The notes beneath the pieces were generated by a model, which was not told where the DNA came from, ran no database searches, and was given only the letters and a program-made list of their open reading frames with translations. Below are positions 12,715 through 23,576 of a DNA stretch of 64,000 bases, piece by piece (positions within the stretch are counted from its first letter, which is position 1; every line of letters begins with the position of its first letter). The DNA lies in assembly GCA_040954595.2 (NCBI GenBank), contig CM082592.2:1488001-1552000 (forward strand), given 5' to 3'. This DNA is from Balanoglossus misakiensis (Eukaryota; Animalia; Hemichordata). Made by a program: the position numbers and the translations under genes.

Positions 12715-13592
12715 TCAACATTAACCAGGCCTGAGTGGACACCCCCATGCCCATTAAATGTGTTTTGTGAGTTCAACCTTTGCGTCAACATTAAACAGGC
12801 CAGAGTGGACACCCTCCTGCCCATTAAATGTGTTTTGTGTTAACCAGGCCAGAGTGAACACCCTCATACCCATTAAATGTGTTTTGTGAGGTCAACCTTT
12901 GCGTCAACATTAACCAGGCATGAGTGGACACCCCCATGCCCATTAAATGTGTTTTGTGAGGTCAACCTTTGCGTCAACATTAACCAGGCCAGAGTGGACA
13001 CCCCCATGCCCATTACATGTGTTTAGTGAGGTCAACCTTTGCGTCAACATTAACCAGGCCAGAGTGGACACCCCCATGCCCATTAAATGTGTTTTGTGTT
13101 AACCAGGCCAGAATGGACACCCTCATGCCCATTAAATGTGTTTTATGTTAACCAGGCCAGAGTGGACACCCTCATGCCCATTAAATGTGTTTTGTGAGGT
13201 CAACCTTTGCGTCAACATTAACCAGGCCTGAGTGGACACCCTCATGCCCATTAAATGTGTTTTGTGAGGTCAACCTTTGCTTCAACATTAAATGTGTTTT
13301 GTGTTAACCAGGTCAGAGTGGACACCCTCATGCCCATTAAATGTGTTTTGTGAGGTCAACCTTTGCGTCAACATTAACCAGGCCAGAGTGGACACCCTCA
13401 TGCCCATTAAATGTGTTTTGTGAGGTCAGCCTTTGCGTCAACATTAAATGTGTTTTGTGAGGTCAACCTTTGCGTCAACATTAACCAGGCCAGAGTGGAC
13501 ACCCTCATGCCCATTAAATGTGTTTTGTGAGGTCAGCCTTTGCATCAACAATAACCAGGCCAGAGTGGACAGCCTCATGCCCATTAAATGTG
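12715..13592. repeat. Satellite with 49/70-bp units (right part)
   Basis: Same units as 5441-7246; the phase resumes exactly after the TSD. Confidence 0.95.
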
Positions 13593-16500
13593 ATTTAGTT
13601 GTAGTTTCTGAGATCTGAGATTTGCATTTTTTCAGAAAATCCAATATGGCCGCCATGTCACGTGCCTAATTAAGTATTCACAAGTCACTGCACATCTACT
13701 CATTGACCTTGACCACTGTAGCAAGTTTGAGAACTGTACCTGCAGCGATGTCTGAGATCTAGAGCGATAAAAAATGGACAGGTGAATAAAGAAAGAAAAA
13801 AAGAAAGAAATTAAAGCTGCAAGCAGCATTGTCCGGGCCCAAGCTCTATTATCTGATCTGATTATTAGATATGCACATAATTAATGAGTAGAAACATAAT
13901 GCTGTGTTTTACCCCATAAAATATCAAGGTTATATCTATGCTTGGTGTTGATAAAGTGTTAAGTAGGTCAAAGGTCACCCAGAGGTCACCCACAATTTGG
14001 GCAGAAAATTGTGACCCATAGTAGTCCATGTCCAACAAAAACCAGATATCTAGCCCTTTTGGTTAGCCCAGAATTAGGTATACACATAAATAATGAGTAA
14101 GCAGGTGTCACAGGTGACCCAAAACTTTGGCTTTTCATTATGGCCCCATACCTCCAAACGCCAAGGCTGTATCTGCTGTGGATGTCAAGATATGCAAAAG
14201 TAGGTCAAAGGTCACCCGAGGTCACCCAACATTTGGGCAAAATAGTTTCACCCCATACTGGTCCATGTATAACAAAAACAAAACCTCTAGGTCTATTGGT
14301 TCACCTGTAATTAGGTATGTGCATATTTAATGAGGTCAGCAGAGGTCAAAGGGGTCATGAAAAGTAGCAACATTTTTTGATCACATACAAATCCACATAC
14401 ATCAAAAACCAAACGTATAGCCCTATTGGTTAGCCTGGAATTAGATATGCAGAAAAATGATGCGTCAAAAGTAGGTCAAAGGTCATTGCCAAAATTACCA
14501 AAATATTTATAGCTTATTCTTGGCATATGATGATTCATATCCATAAAAAGAATTTCTGTGCTATCAATTTTTAGGCTAGAAAGGGAATTTTTTCTTTTTA
14601 ATCGTTTTTCACAAAATCCAATATGGCCGCCATAATCTTCGACCAATCACATTCCCCTTCGCAAACTTGTTAGACATCTGTTTAATGACCACACACACCA
14701 AATCTTGTGACTCGGTTATCACCGGTTCTTGAGAAGAAGATTTTTGAAATTTTACTAGGGTTTTTCGAAAATCCAATATGGCCGCCGTAATCTTCGACCA
14801 ATCACAATGATCTTCGCAAACTTGATAGACATCAGTTAGGTGACCACATACCCTAAACCCCGTGTCTCGGTTATCACCGGTTCTGGAGAAGAAGATTTTT
14901 GAAATTTAAGCCAGATTTCAGAAAAAAAATTGTAGCAAAAAAACTGCAACTTTGTCAGCATAATTTCCAATTACAAAAATGATTGACAGAAGGTAGTCTA
15001 CCTGCACACCAAATTTGAAGTCGATCTGACTTGTAGTTTCTGTGATCTGAGATTTGCATTTTTTCAGAAAATCCAATATGGCCGCCAGGTCACGTGACTA
15101 ATTAAAAATTCATGGGTTCAATGCACGACTACTCATTGACCTTGACCACTGTAGCAAGTTTGAAAACTGTACCTGCAGTGGTGTCTGAGATCTAGAGCGA
15201 CAAAGAATTGACATAAGAATAAAGAAAGAAAGAAAGAAAGACTGAAAAATACCAACGAAACCAATAGGGCCCAAGCCTGGCTTGGCTTGGGCCCTAAGAA
15301 AGAATATAGCTGCAAGCAGCGATGACGGGCACAAGCTAAAGTCGAAGGTCAAAGGTCATATGTGGTCATCCAAAATTTGGGCAAAAAGTTTTGACCCCCA
15401 TACTCGTCCAGGTCCAACAGAAACCAGACCTCTAACCCTATTGGTTTGTCTGAAATTAGATATGCGCATAATTAATGATGTTAAGTGTAAGACTCCATTA
15501 ATAGTTCGATCCATCCAAACACAAATGCTGTACCTGTTCTGGATGTCGAGATATAGGAAAGTAGGTCAAAGGTCACCTGAGGCCACCAGAAAGTTGGGTA
15601 AAAAATGTTGACACCATACTAGTCCAGGTCCAATAAAAACCAGACCTCTAGCCCTATTGGTTCGCCTATAATTAGATATGCACATAATTAATGAGGTAAA
15701 GTATAAGGCTCCATTAGGAGTCACAACCCTCCAAATGCCAAAGCTGTATCTGCGCTGGTTGCCGAGTTATGGTAAAGTAGGTCAAAGGTCACCTGAGGTC
15801 ACCCAAAATTTGGGCAAAAATGTTTGATCCCATACTGGTCCATGTTTAACAAAAATCAAACCTCTAGCCCTATTTGCTAGCCTGGAATTAGGTATGCACA
15901 TAATTAATGAGATATGCAGGTGTCACAGGTGACCTTCAATTTTGTCTTTTCAATTTTAGTCACAACCCTCCAAACGAAACGTCTGTACCTGCTGTGGATG
16001 CCGAGATATAGGAAAGTAGGTCAAAGGTCACCTGAGGTCACCCAAAATTTGGGCAAAAATTTTTGATCCCATACTGGTCCATGTCCCACAAGAACAAAAC
16101 CTCTAGCCCTATTAGTTAGCCTGGAATTAGGTATGCACATAATTAATGAGTTAAGCAGGTGTAACAGGTGAGCCCAAAATTTTGCCTTTTATTGTGGTCC
16201 CATTCTGCTCACGGGCCAATAGAGAGTCACTGTACAGGACCATTGCACAGCCAACGTGGACATAGCGTGATAGCTTAACTATAGAAAGTATAGGCCTATG
16301 GCTGGGTCCAAAAATATGAAAAATAAAAAAATCTTCTTCTCAAAATAGACTTGGCCCACGGCCTTGACATTTGGCATGTAGGACACTGACCATGGTCCGC
16401 AAAAATCGCTAAAAGAATTTTGATATCATATGCAAATTAGGCCCATTTGAAAACTTTGCCCATATATGGTCATCAGGTCACATGACTTATTAAACATTCA

Positions 16501-16778
16501 CGAGGGTACAGCACCAACTCTCATAGGCCTGCACCATTGTGCCAAGTTTGAGATATGTAGGTTCAGCCATTTTCAAGATCCTGTTGGGCAAAAAAACTAC
16601 ACAAGAAAAAAAAAAGATGAAAAACCCCAGTAATACCAATAGGGCACAAGCCAGCTTGGCTTGTGCCCTAAAAAAAACCAGTAATACCAATAGGGCACAA
16701 GCCTGCTTGGCTTGTGCCCTAAAAACTCCAGCAATAACAGAAGGTGACCAAGCGCCTGAGGGCGCTTGGTCCCCTAAT
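13593..16778 (-). mobile_element. Head-to-tail array of Helentron-type non-autonomous elements (HINE/DINE-1-like): a partial unit, unit A 13813-15297 and unit B 15307-16778
   Basis: Read on the minus strand, each unit has a 5' palindrome (TAGGGCCCAAGC..GCTTGGGCCCTA), a (TTTC)n tract, internal ~155-bp and ~240-bp subrepeats, a 3' subterminal inverted repeat GCTTGGGCCC and a short stem-loop GCTGC-TT-GCAGC followed by T residues. Confidence 0.7.
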
Positions 16779-17264
16779 AATCATGATTGTATTCCGAGTT
16801 TAGGCAACGAGTCTATTAACTATTTGAGTACCTTGTTGGGTAGGTTGTCATAACATACAAATGTCAGGTTTTCATTTTTTGCGGTATGGGGCTGCTCAAG
16901 TTTGTTGTTGTCTGCATTGAGGGTTGTTACCAAGCTATAAATCACGGCCGCCATTTATGGATGGGCCGCCCCACCCTCACCACGTGCGTGTCTTACTGAT
17001 GACCCACGGGCAGAAAGGTGTCGGGGCAGCACCCAATGCCGCCATGTTTAGTCCATGTGAAATATGGTCGTTCGAGTATTTTGCTGGCTCCAGGACTATG
17101 ACCCTAGGCAACGTTGGCGTCCGGTAAACATGGCGGTATGTACCTGGGTGATAAGCGCCGCTCAAATATCGCTACGTGATCTCCTAACACAGGGCCCGCA
17201 GGTGCAATTAACTGGCGTCTATGCTGCGCCTCGACGTAATAGTGCTTTTAATCAGTACGCGGAC

Positions 17265-17362
17265 TAGCTGCAGTGATTGTAGCGGGTGCTGCTAGGTTGA
17301 CTGGTGTGTTCGCAGCCCTACACCAGTCGACCTAGCAGCACCCGCTACAATCATTGCAGCTA
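17265..17362. mobile_element. 98-bp palindromic MITE with TAG...CTA ends and 9-bp TSD (AcademH-like)
   Basis: Near-perfect ~44-bp arms, flanked by TACGCGGAC at 17256-17264 and 17363-17371. Confidence 0.85.
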
Positions 17363-18402
17363 TACGCGGACATGTGTAACATAAGTCACGCTCGCCATGC
17401 TAAAAATCTAATGTGTTAAAATCAATGTTGTTATACAGTGGTCGTGTTTTGAACCCAGTTTTGTCGACTGTCACGATATGATTTACATGGTCACCGGTCT
17501 GTACAGTGACGACTTTTTTGTTTTTAAATTCTGTTCTGTGAATTTACATGACACAAGCACATGGTGTTTACAAGTTAGAGTATGTAACTGAGCGGGTTAT
17601 TAACATGTTGTACGTGTTACATCTGTTGGGTGGCATCGAGTACGCCAATCAGCTTCTGAGACCGCGTTTGAAACGGTTGAGTGCAAAATTGGTCATATAA
17701 AAGGTCGATACTTCAGGTCCTAGGGGCCCCACTTTACTGCAAGCGTTCCTCTGGTCAACGTGTGTTGCTTCGGTGTACAGAGTCACCGTCCGTGTCCGTG
17801 TTGGTTGGGCGTGCGTTCGTCTGTTGTGCCTTCCAGCCTACCAGTCATCGGTTGCGGGACATCGGTCACCTACCTGCATTGTTCACTCACCGTCGACCTT
17901 CTCCGAACAGTCGTGAAGCCAGTAGCTCCGTTCCAGGCCAAGGAAATAGCCGTTTCGTCGGTTGCCGGACCTTGCTTCGTCGTTCTTCGCTTGGGAACTC
18001 TGGACATTGTTCTTGTTGTGAGTTTTTGTGTGCAAAACTTTTCGTCACCCGCATTATTATAGATAGTTCCTACAGAGGCATTTTATGTGCCTACTTTTTG
18101 TATTTCGTTGTTTTTGGTGAATTACAATCTAGTTACACCATATTTAAATGTGTACGTGTGAGCTCTTTTCTGCACAACACTCTGGCTCCCAAACACTCAT
18201 TTTGGCGATACTAAATTTACGTCACGGTTGGCTTGTGTTTCTCTTACCATCTTGTGACAGTCGTTTTCTACAGATGATATACCCATTATGAGAATGTGAG
18301 TTGTGTTGACCATTGAGGAAGCAGCATATTCAAGTGCTACAAGCTTTTCAACAATAACACGGCCGTATAAACTGTCCCCGCTGGCCACAACGGCGAATTT
18401 AA

Positions 18403-18749
18403 AGGGTCAGTCTCTCTCTCGCTGCTCTTTTTCCATTTAATTATGTTTGATGTGAGACACCGTTTATGTTATTCTACATGTGGATATATAGTGAGTCAAC
18501 GTTCGACCACACACAACTTCCATCCCACTTGTAGACACGAGAGTGAAAAAACTCACAAAAAATGAATAATCGGTCTCAGCCATTTATTCGTTTTGGCAAG
18601 ATTTTTCCTCTCATATCCTCAAACCAGGATGGAAGTTGTGTGTGGTCAAACCTTGATTCACTATATATCCACATGTAGAATAACATTAACAGTCTTGTAT
18701 CAGACATAATTAAATGGAAAAATGGCAGCGAGAGAGAGACTTTGTCCCT
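18403..18749. mobile_element. Kolobok-type MITE with long imperfect TIRs
   Basis: TTAA on both sides (18399-18402, 18750-18753). Ends AGGGTCAGTCTCTCTCTCGCTGC / GCAGCGAGAGAGAGACTTTGTCCCT. Almost entirely palindromic. Confidence 0.75.
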
Positions 18750-20999
18750 TTAAGCTCGATGAGTTGGCAGTGATAATGGTCTTCGAAGGCTTCTCTTATG
18801 CCACGAATATTGCTGCCACATTTCTGTTGGGAATAGGCCTATACTTTCACTGAATATTACAGAAATCGGCCCTTTTGTAACATACTATAAAATTCATGGA
18901 ATATTGGGACCCTACCAGACCTTAATCCCAACAAAATGATATTTTGTGCCTAAATATAGCGATCCAATATTCTCATGAAAAAGGGACAATGCGAGTTCAA
19001 CCCATCTACAGTACACAGACTGGTATTATATATCATACATGTAGATGGCGATTAGGGCTGTTTTGACATCGGCGCTGTTACTGGTCAGTTGCATATGAGT
19101 GCAACCAGCCAGATACTGTTGCATGTGGTCTCACAAATCACTGAAATTCGTTGTGTTTTCAGTCGGTGTTGAACTTCACAAGAGAACTCCTACGTGAGCC
19201 AAATTTCCGCGAAGGGCTCTTTCCGGAAAAGGTCATCACAGGTGACGCATATACGTATAAATATTAGTCAAGCATGGTGCCTGGTGCTTTGTGTACCACC
19301 GTCACCTTTGGGTGACCTTAAACAAAAAACTTAGAATACTACTCCTAGTCACAGGGCGATTTGAAAGTATAGTGTCTTCAGTGATAAGGGGCAACTGTTT
19401 GATTTCTAGGAGTTGAGGATTTGGTGGTTTTGGAGTGGATATTGCGGTAGAATAATAGAATCTCACACTCCCAAGGACCTGAGATGTACCACATGAAAGA
19501 GTCTATATAAGGGCCGTTTAAATGCAGAAGTTTTGCACAGTTCAACGTGAGTATATTTTTAAAGAAAAAAATTGCAAAATTTAATGACAGCAGTGCGTAA
19601 GGTAATCTATTGTTTACATGAGAAAAATTTAGCCCCTCTCCTAGTGAGGATAGTCACAGTATCAGAGTTGACAGTACAGCACCGTGTATAGTTTTGTTCA
19701 CACGTCAATTTTGCAAATTCCTTTTGAGGTAAAACATTATTAGAATTGTACATTGTTTTACAATAGTCATCAAGTAGAATAGTGACATTTAAACTATTTT
19801 TAGGAATTTTACCATACTCCTTCAGACAACTCATAATTCCAGTCCTGCTAGTAAATGTACATAGTTTGAAAAAAACGTCTCAATTAATCATGTTTGGTCT
19901 AGTCGCCACCGACTTGATTCTCTTGTGCGTACACTCCGTAGACAATGTAGCGACCTTTCACCCCTGGGCAAGTTACAGACCTGTGTTCTGTGGCTACTTC
20001 TCGTCGCCTATGACGTCACACCAGTAGCTCCAATAACCCCTTTTATTGCAGCCCATTGGCTAGCTCGCCTATTTCCACTACTGTTAATTTGGCGAACTTT
20101 ATGCAGTGTCGTTCTCATGGATACCACATCTAAGTCGAGATATCTTGAATAGTTATTTAATAACAACTTGAGTGCAGTTTTTATCTTTTTAACTTTGCTT
20201 GAATTGAGTGGCGGATTGTGAGGGCAAACACGAAGGAGAAGGAAACTGGTAAATCAGTGACTAGCTAGGTTGTAAATATCACCGGTGTAAAGCTCCATGG
20301 TCTGACACGAGTGTTGCAAATTTAGGTCACTGGCAACAGGGGTTCACACCATACTCGTTATGACGGTGTAGAACCTGTGCTGGGCCTGGGCCGGTGTTGA
20401 AACGCACGTGGACACGCTAAGTCGGCCCTTTGCTAGTTTGTGTAAATTGCTACAATTAAAATTTTAAAGAAAAGTTAGAAGTAACCGGTTTTTGAGAACA
20501 TTGTCATGTCCAGTATGATTGTGTTAAATTTGACGAATACTTCTGTTATCCGTTTTCGAGCTAAACTATTTTAAAGACAATGAAACATGGATTGCTACAT
20601 TTATGCAATGTCTATTGATTGCGTTTAAATTAATTGTGTGAAGCCCTATCTTGTCCCAAAACGCCATGTCCGTCCGATTTACTTATTGAGTAATATTCAC
20701 CGGGGCTCATTCAATACAAGCAAATACATTCAAGAAAAAATGACTGAATAAAAAATACTTTAAAACACGAATCAGTTACAGAGGAACGTTGTTCTTAAAA
20801 TACTCTCCTAACAGAATTATAAAGTTCACCTTGTTAGCCTTGACATTTGGTGGCAGACAATTCCAAACGTTCGTAGTGCTTAGAGAAGTCTGAATGAAGT
20901 AATTCTTTTTTTTTTCAGGTGATGTAAATTCACGACGGAAGAGAGGTGCGATTGAAGTTTGCCTTAAAAAGGACTGTAGATGATTATTGCCAGTTTACA

Positions 21000-22196
21000 A
21001 TGAAGCCCACTCGATGCATTTTGGTCTGTCTGTTTGCCGTCTGCGTTCTATCCACGGCGGTCGTTTTATACGACTACGTAAATATTCGACGTGTGCGTAC
21101 CCGCGAGGAGGTGGGAGTCGGGCAGGGGATAGTTCCTTTGGAAAACACAACCATGCCACGATTTGTGCCGTGGAAACTGGGAGTTGATCGAGACGGTGGA
21201 AATTCCAGTCACTCGTGTGAATCCCTGGAGCGCCTCCTGTCAAACAGAAAATCGGCTAACTGCTCTATTGTAATGGAGCATATGAGAAATTGTCACAACG
21301 GGACAGACATCGGTCGGAAGCCATTACCGAACTTCTTCGTGGGGAGAAACGGCAGTACTGAGCCCGATGACGCGTACAGGAAAGCGAACGTGGCTTTCGT
21401 CCATCTGCCGAAGGCGGGCGGTACTTCGGTGGAGAGTGTTTTGAAGAAGATACCCGGACTGGCGACGGGGAAAAAAGTCAGAAAATTCGGCATTTCCCAT
21501 TGCCGGGGGTTGTACGATTTCAGCAGAACAGTTGGTAAGACTGCTGAGCAATCCTATTTCTTGTCTAAAAGAACATTTGGTCTGCATCACTATGCATACT
21601 CCCAGCGACCATTTGCCTACGTGACCTGGTTTCGAGAACCACTCTCAAGACTGCTATCCACCTATTATTATCTAAAAAGAACTAGATGCGCCGCCCGCGG
21701 TCATATCGTCTGTGCTGAATACCTCCTGAAGTCCACGAACCTGACCGATTACTTGATTAAGACCATTGACATTCACTATCAAGATATGGACAATTTTTAC
21801 GTGCGGCTTTTGCAGTTTGGCGACTTTCCGAGCATAGACGCCACATTTGAAGATGGGTGGGGTGGGGTGGCCCTTAAAGACGCCAAGAACATCCCGAAGA
21901 TAGAAGAGAAACACTACCTGGCTGCCAGGAACAATCTCTTCGCCAATATGGCGTTTGTCAGCCTGACAGAGGATTTCAAAACGTCACAGGACATGGTGTG
22001 TCACGTGTTCGGGATACCCCCGGCCAAAAGCGAGAAGCACCTCAACGCGAATAAACACGAACACAATTTCACCGACTTCGAACTATCTGAACTGCGACGT
22101 AGAAACCACTGGGACTTGAAATTATACGAAGACGTACGCCAAAATGATTTATCAGCAGCAAAAGAAGACATATCTTTCACTGTGATTTCACACTAA
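21000..22196 (+). CDS. Golgi-type (type II membrane) carbohydrate sulfotransferase, Sulfotransfer_2 / HS6ST-HS2ST-Gal3ST-like; single coding exon
   Basis: N-terminal TM anchor CILVCLFAVCVLSTAVVLY, 5'-PSB motif FVHLPKAGGTS, 3'-PB motif TWFREPLSRLLSTYYY, C-terminal NHWDLKLYE. Splice acceptor tttttcag ends at 20918. Confidence 0.85.
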   Translation: MKPTRCILVCLFAVCVLSTAVVLYDYVNIRRVRTREEVGVGQGIVPLENTTMPRFVPWKLGVDRDGGNSSHSCESLERLLSNRKSANCSIVMEHMRNCHNGTDIGRKPLPNFFVGRNGSTEPDDAYRKANVAFVHLPKAGGTSVESVLKKIPGLATGKKVRKFGISHCRGLYDFSRTVGKTAEQSYFLSKRTFGLHHYAYSQRPFAYVTWFREPLSRLLSTYYYLKRTRCAARGHIVCAEYLLKSTNLTDYLIKTIDIHYQDMDNFYVRLLQFGDFPSIDATFEDGWGGVALKDAKNIPKIEEKHYLAARNNLFANMAFVSLTEDFKTSQDMVCHVFGIPPAKSEKHLNANKHEHNFTDFELSELRRRNHWDLKLYEDVRQNDLSAAKEDISFTVISH

Positions 22197-22893
22197 ACAA
22201 CATCCAACTGTATTTACTAACGTTATGAAACATTTTTACGGTAATGGTTTAGTTCTAACCTCACCAGCAAATACAGCTGGTGTTTTACTAGTTGTAAATC
22301 AAAATGGACAACTGATGAAAAATACCAAGCCGTTAGATGTTTTGGTTACCATGCACATTTATGCATGCAAGGAACTGTATCAGCTGCCTGACAGCACACA
22401 GTGGTTCCCCTTTAGCGGTTTTATGTTTACAGATACCGATAAATTCGTCTGCTTTGCCTGTCTGTGCGAACATTAACCCCCATCACAAATTATACTAGTA
22501 GCACAGTTGGCCTTACGACGACAGGTCACAGTCACAACTCTTTGACACCGCTTATCATCTCTTGACATGGCATCAAAACTTGGTCCCAAATGCCCTATCG
22601 AGCGTCACTCAGACCATGGACGTAAAAAAGCTGGTAATGTCTTGATAATACCAGTACTCCAGGCAAATAATACCAGTACTCCAGGATTTGTGTGCGTGAT
22701 CCTGACAACGCAATGATTTTTATCGCAGCCTAGGTAACAATTAACATTTGGCTATACAAACTTCTGTCCATTTAAATGATTAATCATATGTGTACAGTGG
22801 GTGTACCTGTTAATATGTACCCACTAATAGCGAGAGATATATCAAAATAAAGCTTGCACACCAACCTACTTTAAAAAAACAATTCATCAAACT

Positions 22894-22997
22894 GCTGTTT
22901 CGTGAGTCACTGGACTCACTCATCAGGAGACTAAATTGGCCAGTTTAGTCTCCTGATGGGTGAGCCCAGTGACTTACGAAACAGCGTTGTAGAGATT
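22894..22997. ncRNA. Inverted pair of type I hammerhead ribozyme motifs (Penelope-like pLTR remnant)
   Basis: Plus strand 22947-22997: agtctc-CTGATGG-gtgagc ccagt gacttac-GAAA-cagcgttGTA-gagatt. Minus strand 22935-22894: agtctc-CTGATGA-gtgagtc cagt gactcac-GAAA-cagc, truncated. Confidence 0.75.
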
Positions 22998-23029
22998 TTA
23001 CCGCCTTTCGTTTCTCCTACTACCCTACT

Positions 23030-23141
23030 TTATGTATGTATGTATGTATGTATGTATGTATGTATGTATGTATGTATGTATGTATGTATGTATGTATGTA
23101 TGTATGTATGTATGTATGTATGTATGTATGTATGTATGTAT
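23030..23141. repeat. (TATG)n microsatellite
   Basis: About 28 perfect tetranucleotide units. Confidence 0.98.
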
Positions 23142-23576
23142 GATACCCTCTCTTAGCGAAAAGTTTGAAATTTCGAGAGTTGCATCTTGCGATGAATCTT
23201 GTATGAGATTAGTTTTCCTCATTTCATCGAGTAAACACAGGTTAACAATGCGTGACATTAAAAATAATTTATTTATGATTGTCGTAAGATGAAAAGGAAT
23301 GAATTAATATTAAAATCTTTGCTTCCGGTATATGGACAAATTAAACAAAACTTATATTAATCATCAAGGTGGCTTCTCCAGGTGATTGGTCCTGTTCCAA
23401 ACAATCTCTGGTGTGTCTGCCAACTAATAAATGTAAGTACCCAGCATAGCGTCGCCAAGTAGTCTTTGCTTTCTCTCTCTCTCTCCACAGTGGTTACAAA
23501 TCTTTGCAAAACACGCATAATTTATCAAGTAGCTTATATTTAAGATAATCACAGATTAGCCGCACAACTCGCAACC

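Noticed and set aside
5441-13592. CRISPR-like repeat/spacer appearance
   Set aside because: The intervening 21-bp module is the same each time, there are no unique spacers or cas genes, and the context is eukaryotic; it is a satellite.
17681-18214. 177-aa ORF
   Set aside because: Non-ATG start, no domain motifs, and composition typical of non-coding GC-rich sequence.
22956-23292. MYVC/HTYI repeat ORFs
   Set aside because: Translation of the (TATG)n microsatellite.
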